64,000 bases of DNA from Octopus sinensis (taxonomy: Eukaryota): the NCBI RefSeq assembly GCF_006345805.1, contig NW_021832231.1:248001-312000 (forward strand), given 5' to 3'. Shown here in pieces: positions 34,590 through 47,876 of this stretch; position 1 is the stretch's first letter, and each line of letters starts with the position of its first letter. Below the pieces are notes generated by a model. It saw only the letters and a program-made list of their open reading frames with translations, was not told the DNA's origin and made no database searches. A program made the position numbers and the translations under genes.

Positions 34590-37331
34590 ATGGAATTTTT
34601 AACTGTCCATGTTGATTCGGAAGATCCAAACGTGTATGGAAATTTAGTTTCACACAATTATAGTCAGAAAATGACAAAACTTGAGGAGGTCTCAGGAGTA
34701 TATTCCGTCGTCAAAAAGTACGCATCCAAAAGAAGAATGAGCGAATCATGTATATCAAAAATATAATTCTTAGCTAAAAAAATATTTTTTGGAGTTTCAA
34801 AAGAAAATAAGACCGAAACCAACTCAAAACTAATAACATATTTTGAAAGTTTTAACAAGTTTTTTTCAACATAAAAAAACCCTTAAAGAATGGAGTCTCG
34901 GCAGTCCGAAATTCCTGAAATTGATATTAATCTAATCGAAGCCGCTATTAACGCAGGTGCAGATGTAAATGAAGTGGATATCTATGGTCAAACAATAATT
35001 CATGATGTGATCGATTTTTGACAAAAATGGTTTCTAGGCAGCAAGTAACTGGTCGACTGACATAGTCGAATATTTGATACAAAATGGAGCAAAATTGAAC
35101 GTTCAAGATAAATTTGGGAGAACCCCTCTGCATGTTGCAGCCACTGCAGATTATCCCGAAATGATTGAATTTTTGATTCAAAATGGAGCCAACGTTGAGG
35201 CAGAAACTTTCATTGAAAAGCAAACGCCTGTTCACTATGCAGCAAAAAACGACTCTGTAAAATCTTTAAAAGCACTAATAAAACATGGCGCAAGCTACAA
35301 AACCGTGAAAGATTACAAAATGAGAACTCCACTTTTTTTGGCTGCAGAACTAGGTTTTTCCAGATTTGCTGAGTTCTAGATCGTAGCGAGGCAGCGCTTC
35401 TACTGCTTGAGTACGACGCTCCTGTCGAAGAACGTGACTACAACGGACAGACGCCAATAATTTGGATGGTCAATAAAATGCCTAAAATTGTACTTTTTGG
35501 ATTATTTTATTGTTTCCTAGGCAATTGAAGCATTGGAAAAACTCCATAAAAGGGATAAAAGAAAACGCCGACAGGAATATCGTTTAGACTGCCTTGAAAA
35601 TATTAAGAGTTAATTTAATATTGACAAAATCTAGACTCCCCAGACGACTTCTCACCACCCAATCTGGTTTGACATTCTTCTCGGAATAAAACTAGCAGAA
35701 CATAGATCAAGACAATTGTAAATAACGACATTTATGAATTATTTGAATGTCCAATAGTCAGGAAACTTATTCGGGTCAAGTGGCAGAAGTACGGACGGTC
35801 AGATTCCATTGTTTCTGTACTCCTATAGTATGATTGCGTGGATGAACATGATCATTACATTATTACTCAATATATTATGGACTGTACTGTTCTTTCTACT
35901 GCCTGGAGGAAATGTTTATAAGTATACATATCCAAAAGACTACGGAATTATCTTCATTTGGGTTTGTTCCAATTCAACATCAACAGGTTTTGGGATTGGC
36001 TTTTTTGTTTTGGACGTGGTTTAATGAGATACAGGAATACCTCGTTTCCAATAACTACAACAAGGTTTTGTGGCCACCTAAAGTTCTCAGAAATGGGAGG
36101 CGTGGCGGGAAAATGAAATAATGAAGGACAGAGAGTTCTGCCACCCACAATACCCAGAAGAGTCAACGTACTGGGACATTGAACTAGAAATTACAAAAGC
36201 AGAAAATCCGTCTTACTTTTCTGACAACAAGTTGACAAAAATTGTTAATAATTTAAGAAATATAATCGATTGGATTGTCTTTTTATTACTTTTATCCTGT
36301 TTTATTATTCACCTTATTGCCTTGGGTCAAAATGACGCAAATTTGGGATACAATCTGAAAAGAGTGTTTTCATTTGCTTTGATCTGTCTTTGGATGCGAT
36401 TTCTACTCACTGTTAAATTCTTCCATAGTCTTGGTAATTTAAACAATTTAAAGCATTCAAGGACCTTTTATTGTGATCATGACTCTCACTATCAAAGATA
36501 TCGTTCGCTTCCTCTTTATATATTTAATCCTCTTTATTCCATTTTGTAAGCATTTTTAAATATCATAATTAGATTGCGGTTTTTGGGTTTTTTTTGGAGG
36601 CTCTTCTGGTTATCCTACACACGTGAATAGGTTTTCGACTGGGAACGTCTCGCTTCTCTCCGTCAGTGGTTTTGACAGTGTGAGACAGGGAATATTCACA
36701 ATGTTCAGAATATCGATGGTGGACGATTATGATTATACTGTATTTGTACATTTTTTACGATATAGAACATGTATGCTATAGATCCGATCATGTCTGACAT
36801 TCTATTGGGCTGTTGGATTTTTTCTACGAGCATTATTTGCATTAATCTTCTTATCGCGTTGTTATCTGATACTTTCCAACGGTTTAAAAATATGAAACAT
36901 TGTTTAGAGTTTATGATAATGCAAATTCCAACTCGATCATGCAAAGAGCCAAGTTAATTCTTGCCGCAGAAGAAAGCCGACTTTTCGCAGTTCCAGTCTA
37001 CAAGTGTTACAAGTATCTAACAGAATACTGTAACCCTGCTGTTGAATTTTTTGACGACGACGATTCAAGTCAAACTAAAGATTTGCAGAAAGTGACGCTT
37101 ATTATCAGAGTTTGGTTTTCATGTATTCTCTTCTAGGACAAATTGGACGAAATGTATGACTATATGACAAATAACAACAAAACAGAACAGTCGAATGTGA
37201 GCTCAGAAACTCTTGAAGAAATTCTTAAAACTGTTAAAAGGTATGCAAATGTGATTATAAATAGAATGGATAACGACATTCAACGGATCAAGAGACATCT
37301 ACGAGCTTCTCGTTTGGAGAGGCAATCTTAA
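34590..37331 (+). CDS. Ankyrin-repeat TRP cation channel (TRPA/TRPV-like)
   Basis: About 5-6 ankyrin repeats (GRTPLHVAA, QTPVHYAAK, RTPLFLAAEL), LIRVKWQKYG pre-S1, hydrophobic S1-S6, and S6/TRP-like INLLIALLSDTFQRVYDNANSNSIMQRAKLIL. The 5' exons are uncertain. Confidence 0.85.
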
Positions 37332-37696
37332 GTGATTTAAAACTTGTTAACCCTGAATTGTTCAAACTAATAAAATTACATTGAAGTCTGATTTAAATTT
37401 TTTGTAATTAGAAAAGGATTTATTCTCAATATATTCCATTGTTTATTTTGTATTAGCACTTCTCATTTGGTTATTAAAAACAAAATTCGGCGTTATTGTC
37501 CCTCAAAGGAAACTTTAAATTCATCGGAAATAAAAATTCAAGAAATTCAAGTTTCTCTGAAAAATTATAATTTAAAAATTCTGAACAAACATAGAATTTG
37601 AGACTATATAAAAAACAACAACATAATTTATATTTAAATAAACTTTCCAAGTTCGTGAATGTTTAAAAAATGTAAAATTGTTACTATTGCAATTCC

Positions 37697-38733
37697 ATGG
37701 TTACCTCAATCTATGAAATAGAAATTCGCGGATTAATTAACTCCGAAAAGTATGCTAAAGTAAAATATACAGCTATGGTACGAGCATTATATAAAATGAT
37801 AAGGATCTGCATAAATATTTCAGTAAAAATGTGAGGAAACTAGTGACCAGAGATTACTTTGAATTTCAATGGACCGAATTTGTTCAAAAAACAAAATTGG
37901 CATTAAATATAAAAAAAATAACCTAATAGGCCCTGGGCGGTGAGGTTTGGGGTTTCAATAGTTCTGTTATGTGCTTTTGTAATGAGAAATACATCGGGGA
38001 TGAAGTCGATTTTAATTTCTGGGTCGAAAATAACTTTGATTTCAGTGATCCTCGAAATGAACTGGTTTACGAAGCTCTGGCTGACCACGACTATAAACAG
38101 GCTATTCAAAGAAATAGCGTTCGTCCCCTAATCAAAGTTTAGAACGAATTTGTTTATCTCGATATTGCAATAGACGAAGAATACGTCGGAAAATTAGTGA
38201 TTGAGGTTGCAGAACTTTCTACAAATATAGTTGTACGTTAAAAAAGTGCCAAAAACATGCAAAAATTTTAAAAGAATTTGTGTCGGAGAAGAAGAAATGT
38301 CGAAAAACGACTTTAAAATAACATACAAAAATTCCCTCATCCACAGAGTGGTTAGGAAGGGTTGGATTCAGGGAGGAGGTTTGGAATGATTGATTTGTTT
38401 AAGACTTTTGGTTTCAACAAGGCGATGGCGGAGAGTCCGTTTTTGGGACTACTTTCGAAGATGAAAATTATACTGTCAAACATGACCGACGGGGAGTGCT
38501 GGGAATGTGCAACAAAGGGCGACACTCCAACGGATCTCAGTTTTATTTTACTCTCGAACCATGTCCTTGGCTGAATAAAAGACATGTCGCCTTCGGGTGA
38601 TCACCATTTTTGTTATTTCAGGAATTTGATTGAAGGTTCGGGAGTGTTAGAAATGATTGAAAATCTTGAACTTGAGAACCAAAGACCAATCAAATCTGTG
38701 CAGATTATAGATTGTGGAATTTATGTTCCTTAA
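37697..38733 (+). CDS. PPIL6: Cyclophilin-like PPIL6 (cilia-associated)
   Basis: N-domain EIRGLINS..EFQWTEFVQK..VWGFNSSVMCFCNEKYIGD; FVYLDIAID, VPKTCKNF, GWIQGG, GESVFGTTFEDEN, GMCNKGRHSNGSQFYF. Contains a GC-AG intron at 37900-37929. Confidence 0.9.
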
Positions 38734-39933
38734 CAAACATAATTTTTCTAACATTTTTAATTTTAAATCAAATTTTTCTATTAATTATTAAGTACGAGTT
38801 TGTTTGAAGAATGTTTGTTCACCACACCCCATGCTTTTTTAAAAATTTTAAACTTTGACTTGGGCTTTTGGAATGGAGAAATTATGGAGAAAAATTTTCC
38901 TTACCGATAAATTCTAAGATTGGTATTTGAAGGAATAAAGTATTCGACTATAAAAGCACTGATATTGAATATTTTGGTGGTAAGGGACAGAGTAACATAA
39001 GAATGGTGAATTTTAAGATTTCCTGGTTATCTCCAAATAATTTATTTAAAGCCAACATAGTCAATAATGTGGACATTGCTCGGGGTCGTTAAAACAGATA
39101 TTATTTTTAATTCTTATAATAAGGAAGTCATTTGTGTGAATTTCATAGAAACTATCATAAAACATTTCCTATTTAACAAATCATTCCGAAAAATAACATT
39201 TTAAACAGTATGAGTTATTAAATCTAAAAGCATTATCAGCAAAAATACTATTGACTGGACTCGGACGTTTCTTCCTTTTAAATTTTATTTAAAATAATTA
39301 ACTTGGTTGTTGTTTTGCTCTTGTTCGGGTCTATAAATATTAGCTAGAAGAGACTCGTTTTGTTTTTCTTCGTTTGTTGCTTCTTCTTCGATTGATTTCC
39401 TAATTTTTGTATTGCCTAAATATATTTCTTTACATTTAACCCATCGATTTTGAACGACGAAATTTAAGCATTGTTAATTTTAACGAAAATTAATTTTTAA
39501 CTAGTTCTTTACGTTATATTCCAAGAAAATCCGTTTAGATATTAGGAAAATATATAATCACAGGATTTTCCCACAATAATAGACATCAATAAATTTTGCA
39601 AGTCATTATTTTCAATAATAAAAATATTATTCTTAAATTCGTCAAATACTCTGATTCCTAAGATGCTTTAGTTTTCAGTTCTGCAGAATGTCAAATCCTG
39701 TATCCTGAGTTCCCAATTGCTTAAAAACTGAAAAAGATGGTCGAAAAATTAATTAAAAACACAACTGAGACTCACATTTTTACCATGTTTATCTTCCTGA
39801 CTGAAAGAATAAGTTGGCTGAAGGTCTTAACTAATACTAAATAAGAACTCTCTGCCCTAGTTTGGAATATCAAAAAAATTATAACAAAAATCCATAAAAA
39901 TGTAAAAACCAAATAATATCCCAACAAAAACCT

Positions 39934-41068
39934 TCAAGAACAAGTTTCCTGAGCCATTCTTTTTAGTCTTTTGGCATTCCGTTTCCGCATAGAATTCTTG
40001 ACATAAATACTGATCCAGGACTTGACAATTTCAGGAAAAAACATATTCTACAAGTAATAATCCACCAAAACATATAAAGCATGACTCCAATAGCCATCCA
40101 CACTACTCGCACGTCCCACCATCGCCAAGTGGCTCTCAACAAAGGACTCTACGGAAGGCACGTACATCGACGGCTTCATCCTGGTCATAGAAGTAGCCAC
40201 AAAGGATGGACACACACTTTGAATAATGACTCCACTATTCGCATATTCTTGACAGAGCGCTTCAGAAAAGAACGAAACAAACGCCTTGGAGGCCGAGTAG
40301 AGTGCCAAATATGCAGAAGCAGGTTTATTTCCCGACTGAGAACTCATATTGAGGATCACCCCCCTCCTGTTAGCCAGCATGAGCGGGAGCACAATATCAG
40401 TCATCTACAGTCTAAAACATTACTTATTGCCATTAGAAGAGAAATATCATTGACAGCAATCATATTCTGACTTATATCGTTATGATAGTGCAACAGTTCG
40501 TGGTAGGACAACACAAACGGGTAGGAAATCCCCACGTTATTTACTAAAAGTGTTTAAAAATAGACAAACCGAGGACTCCGATGTCCAGGGAACTCAGGGA
40601 CTCCTTCAAATGATTTCGGAGGTTGTATCCTTCTGAGAAATCAGCAACCACAGTCATGGTTTGGACGCCAAATGTTTTTTCTGGAATTATTTTTTTAACT
40701 ACCAATGTGATCGGCCACGTTTTCTAGTTTTTCTTTATTTCGTGCAATAAGGACAATTTTCATTCCGATTTTTGCAAAAAAATTGGCGTATCCGAGACCA
40801 AGACCGTCAGTCCCCCCAGTTATCACTTTTGTAGGTTTTATTGAGTTTTTAAACCTGCCCATTCTCCGTGTTTATTAAAATCGACACTCTTCAAACGTGG
40901 AGCCATCACATACAGATAAATGAACTGCCAAATACGCCATAAAAGTTGGCAAATCCCACTGAGTGCACACACATAAAACACAAAGGATAATAACATATAA
41001 ATCATTCCCACAAGACCGTAGACCGAATTATTTATTGTCATAATTAAATTAGAGAAATCGTTTGGCAT
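39934..41068 (-). CDS. HSD17B12: Very-long-chain 3-oxoacyl-CoA reductase / 17-beta-HSD12-like SDR
   Basis: N-terminal TM; VITGGTDGLGLGYA; LVNNVG; GVILNMSS; YSASKAFV; IIQSVCPSFVATSMT. Confidence 0.9.
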
Positions 41069-41614
41069 TAATTAATTTAATTCTATTTTTTTGAAAATTT
41101 TTCCCAGAAAAGGATGATGCCAAAATTCGATGCCTTTTTCAAAGCCGCTGATTTAAAAAAATGAATTTGTGGAGATACAAACATGAGATGGTTGGTAGTA
41201 AAACTTCCTCCGTCATATTCAAAAAATACTTGTTTAAATTGAGCACTAAGGACTCTATTCAACGGTTCTAAGCAGTGGACGAATAGAAATGGAGATATGC
41301 TGTAATATGGCCCTCTTTTGCTTAATTACCCTTATTTTGCATTTGCTGGAGTGCAGATTCCACTTCCAAAAAATTTGAGCGATTCAAAGTATTATATTTG
41401 AAATAAACTCTTATCGTCAACTCTGCATAAAATTCGATACATTTTAAAAAAAGAAACTACAAACCTAAACGTCTCAAACTGGTGAAAATTTGCGTGATAT
41501 AAAGTTAACATTTCCAACTAAGCTGTAATCACTAATTCTAATTTTTATCTTGAAATATTGATGTAATCAACAGATTCCAAAAATTAAGAATGATGTTTAT
41601 ATTAACATGATTCA

Positions 41615-41690
41615 TGAGTCAGATAGGGGAATCTAACAGGGGATCTGAGAATTACAATTCCCATGCTCTGCCGATTGAGGTGAACAAGCT
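41615..41690 (-). pseudogene. Degenerate tRNA-derived sequence (tRNA pseudogene or SINE head)
   Basis: Minus strand CTCAATCGGCAGAGCATGGGAATTGTAATTCTCAG resembles the tRNA-Lys D-arm and anticodon arm (GCTCAGTCGGTAGAGCATGAGACTCTTAATCTCAG). The loop is 8 nt and the T-arm and acceptor are decayed. Confidence 0.35.
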
Positions 41691-41818
41691 TTTCTCAATT
41701 TATCTACAATATTAATGATCTCTAATTTGAAAACAAATTCATTGTATTAGAAATTGGAAATTATGAATTTCTTATATTTATTTTATTAAATTTTTAACTG
41801 ATTAATAAGTACTTGATT

Positions 41819-42672
41819 TCACAGAAATGTTCTACATAAATAATAAAATTGTACTTTCTGCGAGTTTTGTGATCAAAAAGCACGATTTGTAAATATTTAG
41901 TAGATGGAATGGAAATCCTTTTTGTAATTTCGCTGTTATTAGATCCCTACCAATAATAATAAACCGTCAAAGCCTTTGGATCTGTACATATTAACTTTCT
42001 GTCTTTTTTATTCTTAAAAAACAGACCACTGGGGTTATCTGTTATCACATTATAATTGGGAGAAGAATTCGAATAAGAAGCCTGTGTCTCCCAATTATAG
42101 AAACTGACATTAGATTTCTAAAAACCTAAGATCAGTCGGCTTGGGAAGTAATTTCTTTTTTCCAGAAAAAATTGGCTCAAAATCTTCATTGGCCAGTCTG
42201 TCCTGATAGTCAATGTATCCGCTGATTTCTTGTTTTTTGTTTTTATCCCGAATATATATGATGGTCTGCGTGTCTTAGGGTTACGTAATACGCTGAGTTT
42301 CCCACTTCTGTTGGCCTCTTCTCTTGCTGCCAGTTCCTTGAGAAACACGTCGCTTATTTCTTTATTCAAACTCGCAATTTTCCTGAGAAAATGAAAGAAA
42401 TTGTCAGACTTTGAGTTGAATTTGCTTGTTAGTTTTGCTGCTTCGTTCTCAGCTTTTCGCTGGTCAAATTCTTCTCTTTTGAGCACTTCCCCACTTCCTC
42501 GGTACCCCAATTCTACTAGCTGTCTGGCCAACTCGTCGTCCTGGATTAGAGGAGATGGTACTTCTAGGTAATATAGGTCGAGAGGGGTTATTTGGGAGTC
42601 GAGGAAGTCCTCGAATGTCTGAAATTGGGCGATTATTGTGTCGTCAATTCGGTTTTGATCTTCCGAGGCCAT
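41819..42672 (-). CDS. CFAP299: Cilia- and flagella-associated protein 299 (C4orf22)
   Basis: [43 protein letters not shown]; [20 protein letters not shown]; EISGYIDY; [15 protein letters not shown]; [11 protein letters not shown]. Confidence 0.95.
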
Positions 42673-42734
42673 TTATATGGAAACTATATTTATTTTAGAT
42701 AATAATGCCAAAATAATCAAAAAATAATAAATTA

Positions 42735-42870
42735 ATTTTTTTGTTCAAAAAATCATTATTATGTTTACGATATATATGTAACCTGGCGGATTGCCAAACT
42801 GTTTCCCCGGATAATGGCGATCGAGAACCGTTGCATTAGCCAGTCCACCTCCCGAGGATCGTGAGTGTGC
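42735..42870 (-). mobile_element. Short CRE-clade 3' fragment with 12-bp TSD
   Basis: Minus frame THDPREVDWLMQRFSIAIIRGNSLAIR matches SHDPREFSWLLERLSIAVIRGNVFAIR of the 810-aa ORF. A-rich tail; TSD AATAATAAATTA at 42723-42734 and 42871-42882. Confidence 0.85.
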
Positions 42871-45800
42871 AATAATAAATTACTTTGATAATTTAGCTAC
42901 TAGATTTTGTTTTCTGTGACTAGTCAAAAATTATAATTCAATAATTTTTATAGCGTTTATAACGAACATGAAACCCCTTATGCTCTTATATGGAGGAAGA
43001 TATAATAGATATAATGGAATCATGGAGACCAGGGTTTCACGTCCAAGACGGACTTGCATGGATTCACATGAGGATAATTTGGCAAATATGAGCGTGATTT
43101 TATTTGTTCCGTTTTTTGTGTTTCATTTGGGGAACAATAAAATAATTAAAAATCGCGTGTTTCAGTTGTCAACCTCTTTTTGGATCTGTTGAATTTGGAT
43201 TCGACACGATCATGATTTCTAAAATTTTTTAAATAGCTATTTTCTCTCAACAATATTCAATTGTTTCAGGCATTCTACTAATTTAAATCATAGGCCTATC
43301 CCATGTGATCACAATTTTGATGATATAGTAATTCCAATGATTTAGGTGGAAAATCATTTTTCCTAGTTTTTTTAATATAGGCTTGTCGTGGTTTTTTGTT
43401 AAGTTATTCCTATTTTAATCAATATTTTAATTTTTCTTTTTGTGCTTGAATCTGCACGTATCTATCTCGATATTGAATCGTGATATAGTTTGCTTTTCAC
43501 ATTATCTCCATAGATTATTTTTTTACATTTTATAGTACTTTGGTCCATTGTTTTTATTTCTTAAAGTAAAAGACATTTAGTCTTTTTTCCAAAAAATAGA
43601 TTCTTTTTTTCCTACCGAGGATTATTATTTTTGACTATCAAATGACAATAATTACTGTCCAGCGCTTTGAAACAAAAACATACACCACAAGAGCACACAT
43701 GAGGTCGACGTCGAAGGCCTTCTAAATGTCTGGGCTTATCCCGGTCCTGTATTTCCTATTTTAATGGCCTCTTTATCGACAAAGACAGTCTGCACACAAC
43801 TACCTTCTCTGAAACCTTATTGTACCAATAATCTAGAAAGAATTTGATACGACTAGATTTTTTCAATGATTGACCTTGTGGATATGAAACACCATAAAAT
43901 CGGATCTCCGCGAAAACCTGTTGGCTTTTAAAAAGCTCCACGAGAGTTCTTTGGCTAATTGCGAATATTGTTTGGCAGCAGTGGCCTCATTGGTTTGCTA
44001 ATTGCTAATTCTGTTGCTTGTTAATAAACCTTGATTTATCTTATCTGATCGTGAATGCTAAAACAAATTATTCTCAATACGACATGTCAGATGTAATTGT
44101 TTTAGTACAACCAAGGTTTATTGGAATTCTTCATTACAAGAAGATTCCTATGCACAATTATGAACTCTCTGTACTATCCAATACGAGTATAGGACTAATA
44201 GAAGGTGTTACTGATGTGACGGAGAAAATATTAGACTGTGTTGAATGAGTTTCTGAATAGTCGGTTAATATGAAATTTTTCATGGAAACTGATGTTTGAC
44301 ACCAAAAAATATTCATGGTTTATGGTGCTCTTCGTGTAACATATTTGATTGCAATCTAACTTCCTTTTTTACACCTTTTATATATTGATTATATTGTCCT
44401 TGCTGTCAATGACTACTAACCAATCAAAGGGTATGTTTTGTCATCGATATTAACTTCTGACTTTACAAATACCGAGCATAAAACTACAGATTGACTTTAC
44501 CGATAATTAAAAATCTTCATTCAATTTTTTTCTCCCATAGTTTCAGATGGTCACACAAACATTGGTTGAAATTAAGATGCCTGTTAAGGAATTAAAGAAT
44601 TAGTAAAAAAATCTGTCTATAGACTCCATTAGTCAGATAAAAATTCATTGAATAAAATTTATTCTAAATAAAAATGTGTTCTATTAACAAATATATGGGT
44701 CAATATCAAGGTCATTCATTAAATTAAGTTACTTATGTGGGAAGTTTTGGATTTTCTCATTTATTGTATTGGATAGAGATGATATTTTTACTTAAAATAT
44801 CAAACGAGAAAGAGTTGCCGAAGGTCAAAGATTCAAGGCCAATATGCCGCTTTTTGTGGAGTATAAATTCGTATTAGCGATGCCTGTACATCTCAGAGAT
44901 GGTTAAGCCTCCCTGGGACTTTGAGGTAAAACTCAAAATGTATTTTAGTCAAATAACACTCGAAATAACAACACGCACGACAATGCCAGGATAAATTCAA
45001 CAAATAACACTGACCAGGTTTATTTCTTACTTTAATGTTCAGTTTTCAACTCAGCAAAATGACGAGTTTTTTGGATTTAGTAATTACTTAGGTTTATTCG
45101 AATCTGTCTAGTTGATCCACTTGTTTTGTATGACTTAATTTTGTATTTCAGAGCCGAAGCGTTTTGTCCGATTAACATCTCCCCAGATGATCTTCCCCCT
45201 CTGTAAGTTATTAATTCGTCCATCTGGCAGACATGAAAATCCTCGTTTTGCGGAATTTATTGCTCGTTCACAAATGAATCGCCATCCTTAGTCATTCTTG
45301 CCTTTAATATTCTCATTATAACAACCTGTGTTTTTAGCATTCACTTAATGATTAGTTCCTCCGCAAAACCAAAAAGTTTTAAGGTCATTTCTGCTTTATC
45401 TTTTGTACTATTTTTATCAAGGTTGTGGTTTCTCTAATATCTAATTCGGCATTCATATTTAATCGAAGCAATCGTAGCCTAGGAACAGGTTTATAATAAA
45501 AATTAAGTTATTTTTGGTTTTTGTTTTAAAAATTTGATGTAGTCTGTTTTAGAAATTTGACCAACCTCATTTTTTTAGTGCCTACGTTCACTGCACGGGT
45601 GGCCAGATCCGTGTCGACTCGCAGTTGATTTAGCCCCCCCCCCCCCCCATCAACAGGTATCGATAATCCGTGCCTTCTCTCGGATTACATCCTCTGTAGT
45701 CTAGGAATAATGGAATTTATTCTTATTTTTTGCATGAACTTGAATTATTGACGTTATTAAATTTGAAAAATAGGCCAAGGACAGAGTTTAATAAGCTTTT

Positions 45801-46645
45801 ATTTTATTATTGGAAGAAAAATAATGAGTATTCATTTACTGTTAATAAAAATTCAGCAGGGGTTTTTTAAGTAAGTCGAATTTGAGGAACATCGAAATAT
45901 TATTAAAAAACCCAAATATTTTTTTTAATTAAAAATAACGAAAACAAAAAAAAAACTAGCTATTATGAACTGGCTCGCAGGACCCAAATATTGTAATTAA
46001 AATTTTTTTATTAAAAAAATTGATAACTGATTTTGTAATTCATTAAAATATCGGTTAATGAAAGTCTTAAGATTGCAAGAACGCCGACAAAAATTATATC
46101 GAATTGCGGCGCATAAGATGGCCTGGCTGTGCCCAGGGACGAAATTTAACTACTTTGGTAATTTCGAAAATAAATTCAATTTAAATTAGTTAGTCCGCGA
46201 CTCCATTAACGATCATAATTAAATTAAGAACACGATATTTCTCATTTTTATATTGGCAGCTTATTACAATCCAAAACTTGAAATGGTAAAAAATATCCCA
46301 AAATATTTACGGTTCTACTATTAAAGACTGACGCCACATTGTCCCAAAATAAATTTTTAATATTCTTTATTTAATTAAATGTGCACAAGAATATAAAACT
46401 GGAACAGACTACTGAAATCAGAAGACCACGCGAGAAAGCAACACAGTAAGGTAAATCCAAAATTAGTTATACTTTTTTTGTTCGTATAATTTAAGCAAAT
46501 TTAAGACAAAAATACACTATTTTAATATCTATAATTATTTAATTAAATATAATTTAATTAATAATAACATTTTAAAAATATTATTCTCACGCGTAGGATT
46601 GTTGCCTTGTGGTTAACTTGTGCTAGTTTAATTTTCTTAGTATAA

Positions 46646-47114
46646 ATGAAAAGAAACCCACTAGTAAGCTCTTCAAGAAGAAAATCAAGGAGACGTCACT
46701 TTCAAGCGCCAAATCATATTAGACAGAAAATGATGAGCTCCTCCCTTTCTCCAGAAATGCGCCAAAAATTCAAAAGAAGATCCCTCCCCATTCGCAGAGA
46801 AGACGAAGTTTCAGTATTTGACCATTTTGTTATAATTAAAAGATTGTCCGTGGCCGTCATCGTGGCACTCAAAACGCCAAGGTGACTCGAGTCTGTCGGA
46901 AAAAGTTTGTGGTCTATATCGAGAGGATTCAGCGGAATAAAGTGAATGGAGCCACAGCCAATATTGGAATACACCCCTCCAATGTTGATAATTCTGTGAT
47001 TAATTGCAGCTTGTGATTACCAGGGCCAAGGTGGATAACTACAGAAAGGCTCTCATTTCTAAGAGGGAGGAAATTCCATCGGATAAGTACACGGCTGCTA
47101 CTGTCACTGTTTAG
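46646..47114 (+). CDS. RPL26: 60S ribosomal protein L26 (uL24)
   Basis: [71 protein letters not shown]; two introns of 29 and 26 nt. Confidence 0.97.
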
Positions 47115-47379
47115 TTCATTCTCTATTAATTTTCTGGTTATTTCAGTATTTTAAATCTTTTTTGATTGTTTATTATTTCTCATTCATATTTCTATGAACT
47201 TAAGTTAATAGAGAAGCTGCGGGACTTTTGTAGATATTAAATGTAGAGTTTTGATGATACTTTTTATTGATATAAGATTGTCCTAATTTTGGTAAGGTTG
47301 AGATAAATATTCAATTCAAAGCTTTTTGCTTGTCAATGACGATCGAGAAAACTTTAGAGAATGTGTTGGTTTAACTCAG

Positions 47380-47830
47380 CTATGGCCTTATATCAAGTTG
47401 ACGGAGAAACAACAACGATGCCATTACTTCTCTCAAACTAGGAATGTCCGACAATTATGGCTGACGAGGAAAATAAAACATTTTGTCGAAGCGTGTAGCA
47501 TTTGTCGATTCGGGTCGGTTCCAATTTTGACGGGAAACCAGCAGAAAACCCTTTTGAACGACGTGGTTAAAAGAATAGTGTCGAGAGATTCTGACAGTAT
47601 ATATATGGTATGAGACACCGTAGATTATTTTGTAAACCAAAACTGGCAAATCAGAACGTTAGCGACGAGGGTGGCAGATATTTATTCCCAACAAACACCA
47701 ATTTGATCAGGCCGAGAAGATTTTGGAAGATTTAATAAGAATGGCAGAACAATTGGAGTACATTTATGTGCATCGTTTGTACTATAATTGGGGCTTCCTA
47801 CTTTTCTCATCTAAAACATCTTAGAACATC
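47380..47830 (+). mobile_element. Degenerate LTR-retrotransposon (Gypsy-like) integrase remnant
   Basis: HYF..W..IKHFVEACSIC (HHCC-like), SDEG, and W-like..LYYN..GF; heavily frameshifted. Confidence 0.45.
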
Positions 47831-47876
47831 TGATCGTTAAAAATGGCATGAAAATTGATAATTTTAGTTATAAAAA

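Noticed and set aside
42776-42870. U1 snRNA-like motifs (ACCTGGC, GATCGAGAA, GTTGCATT)
   Set aside because: Spacing is wrong, there is no ATACTT 5' end or Sm site, and the minus strand translates as the CRE C-terminus bounded by a 12-bp TSD.
45634-45648. C15 homopolymer (G-run on minus)
   Set aside because: It is an isolated run with no associated structure, and its length is unreliable in assemblies.
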